A stretch of 64,000 bases of DNA, from positions 117,289 through 181,288 of the forward strand of contig CAIKBL010000042.1 of assembly GCA_903825645.1 (NCBI GenBank). Direction: 5' to 3'. Positions 10,879 through 20,592 of this stretch are shown here, piece after piece. The translations under genes were made by a program, and so were the position numbers. Each line of letters begins with the position of its first letter. The stretch's first letter is position 1. Below the pieces are notes generated by a model that saw nothing but the letters and a program-made list of their open reading frames with translations, was not told the DNA's origin and searched no databases. This DNA comes from an uncultured Pseudomonadota bacterium. Lineage in GTDB: Bacteria; Pseudomonadota; Gammaproteobacteria; Ga0077536.

Positions 10879-11217
10879 GGGAGTTCTCCAAAATTGTGTT
10901 CTGGGTGGAGCAGGCGAAGAGCATCGGGTGGATGCTCGCCAGCCTCGGGCGTTCAGATCTTCGGATAGAAAATCGTCGCGCGGGGTCGATTGCCCTCGGC
11001 GGTAGGCGCGGGGTGATCGAAGGGGCCAACACGTTAATAAAGAGACACGGTCTTGCTGGGCAAATCACCTCCGGAGTAAAGCATGCGGCCGACATCCGGG
11101 CCATCGATGGCAGAGTATCGCAGGCGCTCCGGTTCGTACAACGTGGAAACCCGCCGTGGGGACCGCGAAACGCCAGCAGCCGGCATCAGCTGCGGCGATC
11201 GCCGCCGGCCCCAGCTT

Positions 11218-11238
11218 GATTTGTCCGGACAAGATCGG
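11218..11238. promoter_or_regulatory. GntR/FadR-type operator-like perfect palindrome GATTTGTCCGGACAAGATCGG
   Basis: TTGTCCGGACAA perfect 12-bp palindrome about 130 bp upstream of the citryl-CoA-lyase-like gene, between divergent genes. Matches the site at 6425. Confidence 0.45.
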
Positions 11239-11364
11239 GCATTCTCGCGCCAGCCGTCAGGGCCTCCCGAACTTCACTCAACTCCCGCGCGCGCCGCCGC
11301 CAGGCGATCTCGCGCCCCGCCGTGCGGGCGCCGCACCGCTGGCCAGACCACAGGAACTACTCGC

Positions 11365-12132
11365 ATGTATAAAAAAGCCAATCCGGTCACCCGTCTGTGC
11401 ACGAGCGACGTCGATAACATCTTGATCCGAGGTAGAAATCTGTGTGACGAGCTGATCGGGAAAGTGACGTTTACCGATTTCATTCTGTTTCATTTCTTCG
11501 GTAAAGATCCGACTCCCATGCAGCGTACGATTGTGGACGCGGTCATGGTGTGCATCATGGAGCACGGCATGACTCCCTCCGCCGTTGCCACGCGCATCAC
11601 CTACCTCGGCGCCCCCGAATCGCTCCAGGGCGCAGTGGCCGCCGGACTCCTCGGCGCCGGGACGCGGTTCGTCGGCGCGGCCGATGAAGCCGCTAAACTC
11701 CTCACGCGCATCACCGCCCAGCCGCTCGCCGCGCGGGCCGCGGAAGCCGCCGCAATCGCACAGGAATACACCGCTGCCAAGAAATTCCTGCCGGGTTATG
11801 GTCACCCGATTCACGTCAACGGCGATCCGCGCGTGACCCGACTCAACGCAGTGGCGCGTGCGGCCGGCGCCCAGGGCGACTATCTCGATGCCATGTTTCT
11901 GCTCGGGGACGCCATCAAGGTCGCCAGCGGTAAAAATATCGTGATCAACGTCAATGCCGCGATCGGCGCCGTGCTGCTCGAAGCCGGGATCCCGCCCAGT
12001 ATCGCGCGCGGTTTCAATCTCATCGCCCGTTGTGCCGGTCTGGTCGGTCACCTGCTGGAAGAGCAGGAAGAGCCGGCCGGCTACCACATCTGGCAACTGG
12101 CGGACGAAGGCGTGCCCTACGAGGCACCCTGA
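11365..12132 (+). CDS. citryl-CoA lyase / citrate-synthase-like small domain protein
   Basis: About 255 aa from MYKKANPV. The GYGHPIH motif resembles the citrate synthase / ATP-citrate-lyase C-terminal fold. Upstream part of ORF 11083 is an Arg-rich GC artefact. Confidence 0.6.
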   Translation: MYKKANPVTRLCTSDVDNILIRGRNLCDELIGKVTFTDFILFHFFGKDPTPMQRTIVDAVMVCIMEHGMTPSAVATRITYLGAPESLQGAVAAGLLGAGTRFVGAADEAAKLLTRITAQPLAARAAEAAAIAQEYTAAKKFLPGYGHPIHVNGDPRVTRLNAVARAAGAQGDYLDAMFLLGDAIKVASGKNIVINVNAAIGAVLLEAGIPPSIARGFNLIARCAGLVGHLLEEQEEPAGYHIWQLADEGVPYEAP

Positions 12133-12181
12133 TCGCGCGCGCCCATTCTTGCCTTACGACGGCCCTCGGAGTAACCACACC

Positions 12182-14494
12182 ATGACCCAGACCAAAACGT
12201 CACCTGAACACCAGGAACTCGAAACCATGCTGCGCGACAGCGCCGCCGACTTTTGCGCACGGGCGCTGAAGCGGGAGCGTCTGCGGGCGCTCCGCGGGGC
12301 GGCCCCCGCCTATGATCGGGCACTCTGGCGCCAAATGGCCGAACTCGGCTGGACCGAAATTTTGGTCCCCGCCACACAGGGCGGCCTCGGTCTCGGCGTG
12401 ACGGCCATTGCCGTGGTGTCCCGCAAGCTGGGCAGCGTCATCGCCCCGGAGCCGCTGCTCGAAACCGCGGTGGCGGCCGTGAGCGTGCTCTGCAGTCTGG
12501 GCGATCCGAGTCCGTGTCTGCCCGCCCTGACCGCCGGCACGCACGTGATCGTACCCGCCCTCGGCCAGGTCGGCGGGGACGCTTTTGCCGCCCTACACGC
12601 CACCGCGGTCGATCAATCGCATACCTTGGACGGCACCGTGACGGCACTGCCTCTGGGTCCGGACGCCGATCAGTGGTTGCTGCCAGCAACGCTGGCCGGG
12701 CAGCCGGCCTGGTTCCTCGTCAGCGCCCAGGCCCCCGGCGCCCACTGCGTCTCCCGAGAACTGGCCGACGGCAGCCGGGACGGCCATCTCACCCTGACCG
12801 CGTGCGCCGCCCAACTGCTCGGGCACGGCGAGCCTGCCCGCGCCGCGCTGGCGCTTGCCCGCACCCGAGTTGAAATCGCCTCCGGCGCCTATCTGCTCGG
12901 GCTGGCGGAAACGCTGTTCGCCATGACGCTCGATTATGTCGGGACCCGCCGCCAGTTCGGACAGGCCATCGGCAGCTTCCAGGTGCTGCAACACCGACTG
13001 GTCGACTTGTATATCGGGCTGCGGCTCACGGATGCGGTGCTCTCCGAGAGCTGTGCCACCATCGCGGAGGGGGCGGATGCACAAACCGCCGCCAGTCGCC
13101 TGCGGTACCGCGCCTGCGAAACCACCCTGGCGGTTATCCGGGAGGCCGTACAGATGCACGGCGCCATGGGCTACACCGACGAATGCGATGTCGGGCTCTA
13201 TCTGAACCGGGCGCTGGTGGTGATCACCCGTTACGGCAATGCCCGCGAACACGTCGCCGCGCTATCCGGCAACGGCACCCTACTCGCCGGGAGCGCGCAA
13301 GGGGCGGTCCTCCCCACGGTCAACATCAACTGCGCGACCCCCTCCGACGGTTGGAACAGTCTCGACAACGACACCTTCAGAGCGATCGTGCGCGGTTGGC
13401 ACGAAACACACTATCCGAGCGCGCTGCGCAATCCGCGCTCGCGCCCCCGCTGGACGCAATGCCGCGACTGGTATGCCACCCTGTATGCGCGCGGCTGGGC
13501 CGCGCCGGGCTGGCCGGCCGAGCATGGCGGGATGGGGCTCAGTCCAGACAAGCTCCTCATCTTCATCGAAGAGCGAGAACGCTGGGGGGTGGCGCGCACG
13601 CCGGATCAAGGGATCGTCATGGTCGGGCCGGTGTTAATGCAGCACGGCACGCCCACACAGCTCGCGCAGTATCTCCCCAAAGCCTTAAGCGGCGAGCACA
13701 TCTGGTGTCAGGGTTACTCGGAGCCGAACGCCGGATCTGACTTGGCCTCGTTGCGCACGAGCGCCGTGCGGGAAGGCGACGAATTCGTCATCAATGGACA
13801 GAAGATCTGGACCACCATGGCGCAAGATGCGACCCATATGTTCTGCCTGGTGCGAACCGATCCCCAAGCCAAACCCCAGCGGGGAATAAGCTTCGTGCTC
13901 ATCGACTTCAAGAGCCCGGGGATCACGGTGCGCCCCATCCGCAACATCTCGGGAGATTCGGAATTCTGCGAAGTCTTTCTCGACAATGTCCGCATCCCGG
14001 TCGACAGCGTAGTCGGCGCGCTGCATGACGGCTGGACCATTGCCAAAGCCTTGCTGGGCTTCGAGCGCCTGTTCATCGGCAGCCCCAAATATGGCCAGTA
14101 CGCATTGAACCGGCTACGCAGTCTTGCCGCGGCCCGCGGCCTGCTGGCCGATCCGGTGTTCGTCGACAAACTCACGCGCTTCACGTTGGACGTCGCTGAT
14201 CTGGAGGCCCTGTACAAGGTATTTGCGGACGTCGTAAAGCGCGGCGAGACCCTCGGTGCGGATGTCTCAACGCTCAAAATCTGGGCCAGTGAAACTTTTG
14301 CGCGGCTCAGCGAATTTCTGATCGAATCCGCCGGCCAGATGGGCGCCCAAGTGGGCGACATTGCGTTCGGGGACACTACTGTCGATGTGATGACGCAGTA
14401 TTGGAACGCGCGACCCACGACCATCTATGGCGGCAGTAACGAAATCCAGCGGAACATCATCGCCAAGCAGGTGTTGCGGCTGCCGGCGAATTAG
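12182..14494 (+). CDS. tandem-fused acyl-CoA dehydrogenase (two complete ACAD folds in one 770-aa polypeptide)
   Basis: First half 1-390 and second half 390-770 each contain ACAD N-alpha, beta-barrel and C-alpha domains (e.g. QGYSEPNAGSDLASL, FVINGQKIWTT, IYGGSNEIQRNIIA). Start ATG preceded by GGAG. Confidence 0.8.
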   Translation: MTQTKTSPEHQELETMLRDSAADFCARALKRERLRALRGAAPAYDRALWRQMAELGWTEILVPATQGGLGLGVTAIAVVSRKLGSVIAPEPLLETAVAAVSVLCSLGDPSPCLPALTAGTHVIVPALGQVGGDAFAALHATAVDQSHTLDGTVTALPLGPDADQWLLPATLAGQPAWFLVSAQAPGAHCVSRELADGSRDGHLTLTACAAQLLGHGEPARAALALARTRVEIASGAYLLGLAETLFAMTLDYVGTRRQFGQAIGSFQVLQHRLVDLYIGLRLTDAVLSESCATIAEGADAQTAASRLRYRACETTLAVIREAVQMHGAMGYTDECDVGLYLNRALVVITRYGNAREHVAALSGNGTLLAGSAQGAVLPTVNINCATPSDGWNSLDNDTFRAIVRGWHETHYPSALRNPRSRPRWTQCRDWYATLYARGWAAPGWPAEHGGMGLSPDKLLIFIEERERWGVARTPDQGIVMVGPVLMQHGTPTQLAQYLPKALSGEHIWCQGYSEPNAGSDLASLRTSAVREGDEFVINGQKIWTTMAQDATHMFCLVRTDPQAKPQRGISFVLIDFKSPGITVRPIRNISGDSEFCEVFLDNVRIPVDSVVGALHDGWTIAKALLGFERLFIGSPKYGQYALNRLRSLAAARGLLADPVFVDKLTRFTLDVADLEALYKVFADVVKRGETLGADVSTLKIWASETFARLSEFLIESAGQMGAQVGDIAFGDTTVDVMTQYWNARPTTIYGGSNEIQRNIIAKQVLRLPAN

Positions 14495-14583
14495 CCCGAC
14501 GCGCTTCCCCCCGTTGCGGGGCGGTAGCGCGGGTTCACCCGACACCCCGGGCCGTGACGGTCCGGGGGATCTCCCACGGGGAC

Positions 14584-15825
14584 TTATCGGTAGTGGGGCA
14601 TGACCTCGCGGCCAAAGCGCTCCAACATCCGCTTCATGTCATCCATCGGCAAGTAGCCTTGATCCGACTGCCAGATGAACCATTCTGGGTTCGCGGTCTC
14701 CACCAGCAAGTCCATTTCCTTGCGCACATCTTTTTCATTCCCGACCAAGCAGAAATGGGATTTTTCGAAGCGCTCCATCGTCGCTTCCGATACCGGCAAG
14801 GGCTGGTTCGGGAAGTTGATGTCATCCTCAGGCAACCGGAAGGCGTCGGTGAAACCGAAGTCGTGCGCCCAGCCCGGCCAGCCCGTGCCCATCAAGCCTT
14901 TCATGGCCAGATCGCGCGCCTGCTGACGGGTGTCGGCCATGTAGACGCCCCGGAACACCCCAAAGTTCTCGCCAAGGGCGAGCGCGCGACCATGCAGGGC
15001 GGCCTCTTCGACATGGACCTCGGCAAAACGCCGCAAAATCGCCGGATCGGAGGTCAACACCGTCGGGATTGAGCCTTCCTTCGCCGCCCAGCGGATGGTG
15101 CTTTCGCTCTGGGAGAATGCCTGGAAAAGTGGCGGATGCGGCTTCTGGTAGGGCTTCGGCACCACATCAATCAGCTGGATGTTGCCAGCATCATCGACTT
15201 CCCCTGGCGAGCCGTATTTACGGGTCCAGTTGTGCGCCGGCCACGGGGTCCCGGTCTCGTAGGGATAAGGATATTCGTAGTACTTGCCCTTATAGCGGAA
15301 ACCGCCGTCTTTCCAGGCCAGCTTGATGATGTCAAAGACTTCCTGAAACGCTTCGCGGTTCACCGCATCATTGGTCGGTTGGCTTTCCTTGGTATTCATG
15401 GCGGCCGCACCGACGTGCAGATGTTGGGCCATCTGGTTCAGCCAGCGCGCCTGGTAACCCCGGGCGAAGCCGACAATCGTGCGTCCCTTGGTGATTTGAT
15501 CAAGCCAGGCGATTTCCAGGGCGAGTCGCAGTGGATCCCAACCCGCGAGGACATAGCCGATCGGACCGGCCTTGATAGTTTTGGTGTTGGCCAGAACATG
15601 CTGCGTCAGCAGCGGCAGGCTGCCCATTTCACCGCCCTCGGTGTGCAGGTGATGTTCGGGATAGGTCACTGCGGTGAAGCCGAGATCTTCGGCCATCTGC
15701 GAGAGCTCGACGACCTCGTCGAGCATCTGTTGGAACTTGTCCGTGCGACTGGCAATGGGGCGCAGTTTTTCACGCTCGTCCAGGGTTGCCGGAATCGCCG
15801 GGTAGAAGAAAAAAACAAATTTCAT
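14584..15825 (-). CDS. LLM-class flavin-dependent oxidoreductase
   Basis: 413 aa luciferase-like monooxygenase fold (TAVTYPEHHLHTEGG...). Confidence 0.8.
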   Translation of the reverse strand: MKFVFFFYPAIPATLDEREKLRPIASRTDKFQQMLDEVVELSQMAEDLGFTAVTYPEHHLHTEGGEMGSLPLLTQHVLANTKTIKAGPIGYVLAGWDPLRLALEIAWLDQITKGRTIVGFARGYQARWLNQMAQHLHVGAAAMNTKESQPTNDAVNREAFQEVFDIIKLAWKDGGFRYKGKYYEYPYPYETGTPWPAHNWTRKYGSPGEVDDAGNIQLIDVVPKPYQKPHPPLFQAFSQSESTIRWAAKEGSIPTVLTSDPAILRRFAEVHVEEAALHGRALALGENFGVFRGVYMADTRQQARDLAMKGLMGTGWPGWAHDFGFTDAFRLPEDDINFPNQPLPVSEATMERFEKSHFCLVGNEKDVRKEMDLLVETANPEWFIWQSDQGYLPMDDMKRMLERFGREVMPHYR

Positions 15826-16268
15826 CGACAGTCTCCAGTTGGGCGGGGGATCGCCACGCGCTGTTGGTTTCGGGACTCGGCAAAAACCTCGAAACCATGT
15901 AACCGGTCACCGAGGCGATGGCAGAGACGTGACACTTCACGAATTTTTCGGGCAACATTGTCGCAAGATACGGAAGGAAGTACACGCCGCAAAATAGCGG
16001 CCTCTGCGCCGGACCGTAACCAAGGAGGCTGCCCGTAATCACCGGGATGTTCAGGCGCGCCACGCGGAAGTGGCCGGCGACACGTCAAAGTGCAGCGCCG
16101 CGCCCCTAAATGCCCTAAAATCTTTGCGCCCACCGGTCTGCCCTCCCACGAGGAGATCACCGGAGAGGGGATGGCAAGCCCGTCCGCGCCGGGCACGGAA
16201 AAACACCGCGTGCGCCTGACGCGGACTACCCGACCCGGCAATCCCGGGCGGCAAGCCAAGAGGTTCAC

Positions 16269-18107
16269 ATGAATCAAGACCCCGCGCGGCCCGCGGTCGA
16301 CAACATCACTTATGGCGACGTCGCCTCCGTCTCGGGCGCACCCCTGTCGGCGATCCGCGAGGAAGACCGCGGACACGCTAAGCGCGGCGCGCAAATTCTC
16401 GCCGCGGCCCTGCGTGCCGAAGGCGTCGAATGTCTGTTCGGTTATCCGGGCGGCGCCAATCTCGAAATCTTCGATGTGCTGTCCGAATTCGGCATCCTGT
16501 GTTACCGCACCGAACACGAGCAGGGCGCCATTCATGCGGCCCAGGGCTACGCGCGCGCCACCGGTCGGGTCGGCGTGTGTCTCGCGACCTCTGGCCCCGG
16601 CGCCTGCAATCTAGTCACGGGTCTTGCCGATGCGAAAAGTGACTCGACGCCTATTGTCGCCATCACCGGCAACGTCCCCAGCTACCTCCTCGGCAAAAAT
16701 GCCTTCCAGGAGGCTGACATCGTCGGCATCACGCGGCTGATCACCAAGATCAGCATTCTGGTCGGCAGTGTGGCCGAGATCCCGGCGGCCGTGCGCAAAG
16801 GGTTTGCGCACGCCGTCATCAATCGCCCCGGGCCGGTGCTGATTGATCTCCCCAAAGACATCCAGCAGCATTTTCCACGCGATCCCGAAGGCCGTTATGT
16901 CCCACCTCGGATCCCGGCGGTGATCGATTCACCCGAAGTCGTGGTGGGCGCCATTCCAGAGTCCCAGCTGAAGCAATGCTTGCGCATGATCGCCGAAGCC
17001 GAGCGCCCCGTGATCTATGCCGGTGGTGGCATCGTCTCGAGCGGCACGGAAGCACGCCTCGTCGCCCTCGCGGACAAACTCGGCTGCCCGGTGACCACGA
17101 CGATCATGGGCTTGGGCGCGGTGCCTTCCGACCACCCCCTGTGGTTACATGTGCTGGGCATGCACGGCAGCTACACCGCGAATGTGGCCGTCAACGAGGC
17201 CGATCTGGTGATCGCCCTGGGTGTGCGGTTTGACGATCGCGTGACGGGCAACGTGAAGGAATTCATCAAGGATGGCCAGATCATCCATATCGACGTCGAT
17301 CGCGCCGAACTTAATAAGAATAAGGGCGTGACGCTCGGCATCGCGGCCGATCTCAGCACGGCCCTCGAACAGTTGATCGAGGCCGCCGTGCCCGGCGACT
17401 ACGCCGCATGGCGGCGACGCCTCGAGGCGATGAAAGCGCAATACCCGCTCAAGGCCCGCACCCGCGAAATCCTCGGCGGGCCGGCGGCCATCGAGCTGCT
17501 CTCGGATATGACGGCGGGTGACGCGCTGGTGACCGTCGGCGTCGGACAACACCAGATGTGGGCCATGCAGCACTACGCCATCAATCGCCGGCGCTCCTTC
17601 CTGTCCAGCTCCGGCTTCGGCACCATGGGCTACGGGCTGCCCGCCGCCATCGGCGCCAAGGTGGGCTGTCCAGATCGGCTCGTCATCGATATCGACGGCG
17701 ACGGCAGCCTCAACATGAGCATTCACGAGCTCTCCACCTGCCACCGTTATGGCATTGGCGTGAAAATCGTGTGCATCAATAACCAGTGGCTGGGGATGGT
17801 GCGTCAGTGGCAGGACATGATCTATTCGGGACACCGGGCTAATTCCTCGCTCGGCGATCCGATGGCGGTGAAGGCCGTCAGCGATGACGACATTTATCCC
17901 GATTTCGTGACCATTGCGGCCGGTTACCGAATCAAGGCCGAACGCGTCAGCACGGCGCGCGATCTGCCGGCGGCCTACGCACGCCTGCTGGCCGATCCGC
18001 AGGAGCCCTATCTGCTCGATGTCATTGTCGATCGCGAGCAGAACGTCTACCCGATGATTCCGGCGGGCGGCAGCTATCGCGACATCATTCTGGAAGGCGA
18101 CGGTTAA
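16269..18107 (+). CDS. thiamine-pyrophosphate enzyme of the acetolactate synthase (ALS) large-subunit family
   Basis: 612 aa. Pyr domain (GYPGGANLEIFD, TSGPGACNLVTGLADA), central domain and PP domain with TPP GDG...N motif (DGDGSLNMSIHEL). Confidence 0.85.
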   Translation: MNQDPARPAVDNITYGDVASVSGAPLSAIREEDRGHAKRGAQILAAALRAEGVECLFGYPGGANLEIFDVLSEFGILCYRTEHEQGAIHAAQGYARATGRVGVCLATSGPGACNLVTGLADAKSDSTPIVAITGNVPSYLLGKNAFQEADIVGITRLITKISILVGSVAEIPAAVRKGFAHAVINRPGPVLIDLPKDIQQHFPRDPEGRYVPPRIPAVIDSPEVVVGAIPESQLKQCLRMIAEAERPVIYAGGGIVSSGTEARLVALADKLGCPVTTTIMGLGAVPSDHPLWLHVLGMHGSYTANVAVNEADLVIALGVRFDDRVTGNVKEFIKDGQIIHIDVDRAELNKNKGVTLGIAADLSTALEQLIEAAVPGDYAAWRRRLEAMKAQYPLKARTREILGGPAAIELLSDMTAGDALVTVGVGQHQMWAMQHYAINRRRSFLSSSGFGTMGYGLPAAIGAKVGCPDRLVIDIDGDGSLNMSIHELSTCHRYGIGVKIVCINNQWLGMVRQWQDMIYSGHRANSSLGDPMAVKAVSDDDIYPDFVTIAAGYRIKAERVSTARDLPAAYARLLADPQEPYLLDVIVDREQNVYPMIPAGGSYRDIILEGDG

Positions 18108-18160
18108 GTCACCGCGCCGCTTGGTTTACGTCCCTGTCTTTATCACGGTCACAGGAGAAC

Positions 18161-18490
18161 ATGATGGCTATCTATGAAATGCGTACCTACACCCTGCAGG
18201 TCGGCAAGATGAGTGAGGCGGTGAAGCTTTATACCGAAATCGGCTATCCCGTGCTGCAGAAAAGCGGCCTGGACAAGAAGCTCATCGGTTATTTCCAGGC
18301 CGACACGGGCCTGATCAATCAGCTCGTCCACCTGTGGAAGTTTGATGACGACGCCGACCGGCGCGCGCATTGGGCGGCGCTCTATGCAAATCCGGATTTC
18401 ATGGACGGTTTTGCCCCGAAATTCCGTCCGCTACTCGTCTCCCAGGAAGTCAAATTACTGGTCGCCGCGCCCTGGGGTCCACATCCCTGA
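18161..18490 (+). CDS. NIPSNAP-family protein
   Basis: 109 aa with a dimeric alpha/beta-barrel-like sequence (MAIYEMRTYTLQVGKM). 56 bp after the TPP-enzyme stop. Confidence 0.65.
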   Translation: MMAIYEMRTYTLQVGKMSEAVKLYTEIGYPVLQKSGLDKKLIGYFQADTGLINQLVHLWKFDDDADRRAHWAALYANPDFMDGFAPKFRPLLVSQEVKLLVAAPWGPHP

Positions 18491-18535
18491 TTGGCAAAGT
18501 TTGCGTCGGCAAACCGCGCATAAGGAAACTAGCCC

Positions 18536-19780
18536 ATGTCGACCCTGCCTGATCCCGACGCCTTGCCGCTGGACCAGATCGATGTCAGCAATCCGCGCCT
18601 TTATCAGGCGGATGTCATCGGCCCGTACTTTGCGCGGCTGCGCCGTGAGGCGCCGGTGCATTACTGTGCGGACAGCGCGTATGGGCCGTTCTGGTCCATC
18701 ACCCGCTACGAGGACATCGTGACCGTCAACGCGGATGATGACGCGTTTTCCTGCAGTTACGAAAAGGGTGGCCATATTCTCGGTTACGAGAAACTCTTTC
18801 GGCGCCATGGGGTCGACGCGCGGATGTTTCAATCGACCGATGCGCCGCTGCACACCGCGCAGCGCAAAGCCATCGCACCGATTGTCGCCCGTGCGAGCGT
18901 GCGCGACATGGCGCTCATCATCCGCGAGCGCTGCGCCGAGGTGCTGGACGGTCTGCCCGTGGGCGAGCCCTTCAACTGGGTCGAAGCGGTGTCCATCGAG
19001 ATCACCACGCAGGTGCTGGCCGCCCTCTTCGATTTCCCCTGGGCGCAACGGCGATTGCTGACCCGTTGGTCAGATGTGGCCGTGACCGAGCCCGGCTTCG
19101 GTATCATCGACAGCTGGGAGGCCCGCCGACAAGAGCTCGAGGCCTGCTTCACCACCTTCGCCGAACTCTGGCAAACGCGTTTGACTGGCCCCCCGCGCGG
19201 CGATTTGCTGTCACTCATGGTGCACGCCGAGGGGACCAAGGATTTAAGTCCCGAGGAATTTCTCGGCAACTTGATTAACCTCATCGTCGGCGGGAATGAC
19301 ACCACCCGCAACTCGATGACCGGCGGCATCGTCGCCCTCAATCGGTATCCGCAGGCCTACGCGAAACTACGCACCGATCAGACCCTCGTCGACAGCATGG
19401 TGCCGGAGATTATTCGCTGGCAGACCCCCATCTCCCACATGGCCCGCACGGCGCTGCGCGATTACCGACTCGGCGAGGCGGAAATCAAGGCCGGCGATCG
19501 GATCGCCCTGTGGTACCTCTCGGGTAACCGGGACGACACCGCCATCGATGATCCGGAAACCTTCATCATCGACCGCCCTCAGCCGCGCCGACACTTATCG
19601 TTCGGCTTCGGCGCCCACCATTGCGTTGGCTACCGACTCGCAGAGCTCCAACTTAAAATCGCCTGGGAAGAAATCTTGAAGCGTTTCCGTCACATTGAGA
19701 TGGTGGGCGAGCCGGTGCGGGTGTGCTCTAACATCATTCACGGTTACACCGCGCTACCCGTTATCGCACACCCCTGGTAA
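18536..19780 (+). CDS. cytochrome P450 monooxygenase
   Basis: 414 aa. FGFGAHHCVGYRLAELQ heme loop and AGxDTT-like I-helix (GGNDTTRNS). Confidence 0.9.
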   Translation: MSTLPDPDALPLDQIDVSNPRLYQADVIGPYFARLRREAPVHYCADSAYGPFWSITRYEDIVTVNADDDAFSCSYEKGGHILGYEKLFRRHGVDARMFQSTDAPLHTAQRKAIAPIVARASVRDMALIIRERCAEVLDGLPVGEPFNWVEAVSIEITTQVLAALFDFPWAQRRLLTRWSDVAVTEPGFGIIDSWEARRQELEACFTTFAELWQTRLTGPPRGDLLSLMVHAEGTKDLSPEEFLGNLINLIVGGNDTTRNSMTGGIVALNRYPQAYAKLRTDQTLVDSMVPEIIRWQTPISHMARTALRDYRLGEAEIKAGDRIALWYLSGNRDDTAIDDPETFIIDRPQPRRHLSFGFGAHHCVGYRLAELQLKIAWEEILKRFRHIEMVGEPVRVCSNIIHGYTALPVIAHPW

Positions 19781-19802
19781 CCCACAAGACCGGCGCCAAG
19801 GC

Positions 19803-20561
19803 TCACGCGCTGAAACCGCCATCCACGCCGATGATCTGGCCGTTGATGTAGCTGGCACCGGGGGAGACGAGGAAGTCGACCACTGCACTGACTTCTTCCG
19901 GACGGCCCATGCGACCCAGGGGGGTGTGACTGACCATCGCGGAAATGACGCCCTGGGCGAGCGGATCGTCGGCGAATTCGGGCGCATAGACGATGCCGGC
20001 ATCAATGACCGCAGGCGCGATGCCATTGCAACGGACGTTGAACGGTCCCATCTCGCGCGCGGCCTGCTTGACCAGTGCGCCCACCGCGGTTTTTGGGCAG
20101 CCGGACATCCCGTCATTCTCCAGCGTGCGCAGCACGGCGGTCGTCAGGAACATGACCAGACTACCGCCACCCGCCGCCTTGAGCGCCCGAGTGCCGTGCT
20201 TGATCACATTGAACGCGCCGCGCACGTCGATGGCATAGACCCGATCAAAATCCTCGTCGGTGACGTCGATCAGCGGCCGCAGCGGGATCGCCGGTCCGGT
20301 CGCGCACACAATGGCCTGCAGACCATCACCGATCCCCTCGGCACGAGCCAGAAACGCCGCCACCGAGGCGGCATCGCGGATATCGACCGGCGCGATGATC
20401 GCCTGTCCGCCGGCGGCCTCGACCTGTCGGGCGAGCGCTTCAGCTTTGGACCGACGCTGGCCATAGCCGATGCAGACCGGGGCGCGCAGCGCGAGGGTCG
20501 TGACCACATGTTCGCCCAGCCCGCCGGTCGCGCCCAGTATCGCAATGGATTTCATATGCAC
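19803..20561 (-). CDS. SDR-family oxidoreductase
   Basis: 252 aa. Gly-rich NAD(P) motif ILGATGGLG and a Rossmann fold. Confidence 0.85.
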   Translation of the reverse strand: MHMKSIAILGATGGLGEHVVTTLALRAPVCIGYGQRRSKAEALARQVEAAGGQAIIAPVDIRDAASVAAFLARAEGIGDGLQAIVCATGPAIPLRPLIDVTDEDFDRVYAIDVRGAFNVIKHGTRALKAAGGGSLVMFLTTAVLRTLENDGMSGCPKTAVGALVKQAAREMGPFNVRCNGIAPAVIDAGIVYAPEFADDPLAQGVISAMVSHTPLGRMGRPEEVSAVVDFLVSPGASYINGQIIGVDGGFSA

Positions 20562-20592
20562 CTCGGATTAGTTATTTCGGAAAAGCCGCGCC

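Noticed and set aside
10896-11219. 107-aa plus-strand ORF in the IOR/lyase intergenic region
   Set aside because: No RBS or motif. The region is better explained as a divergent promoter containing the GntR-type palindrome.
11083-11364. Upstream 94 aa of the citryl-CoA-lyase-like ORF (Arg/Pro-rich)
   Set aside because: Composition is typical of an off-frame GC-rich translation. It contains the GntR-type operator. The plausible start is MYKKANPV, which has protein-like downstream sequence.
15822-16535. 237-aa minus-strand ORF spanning the LLM/TPP-enzyme intergenic region and the 5' end of the TPP-enzyme gene
   Set aside because: No domain signature. It overlaps a strongly supported gene and has Arg-rich composition.
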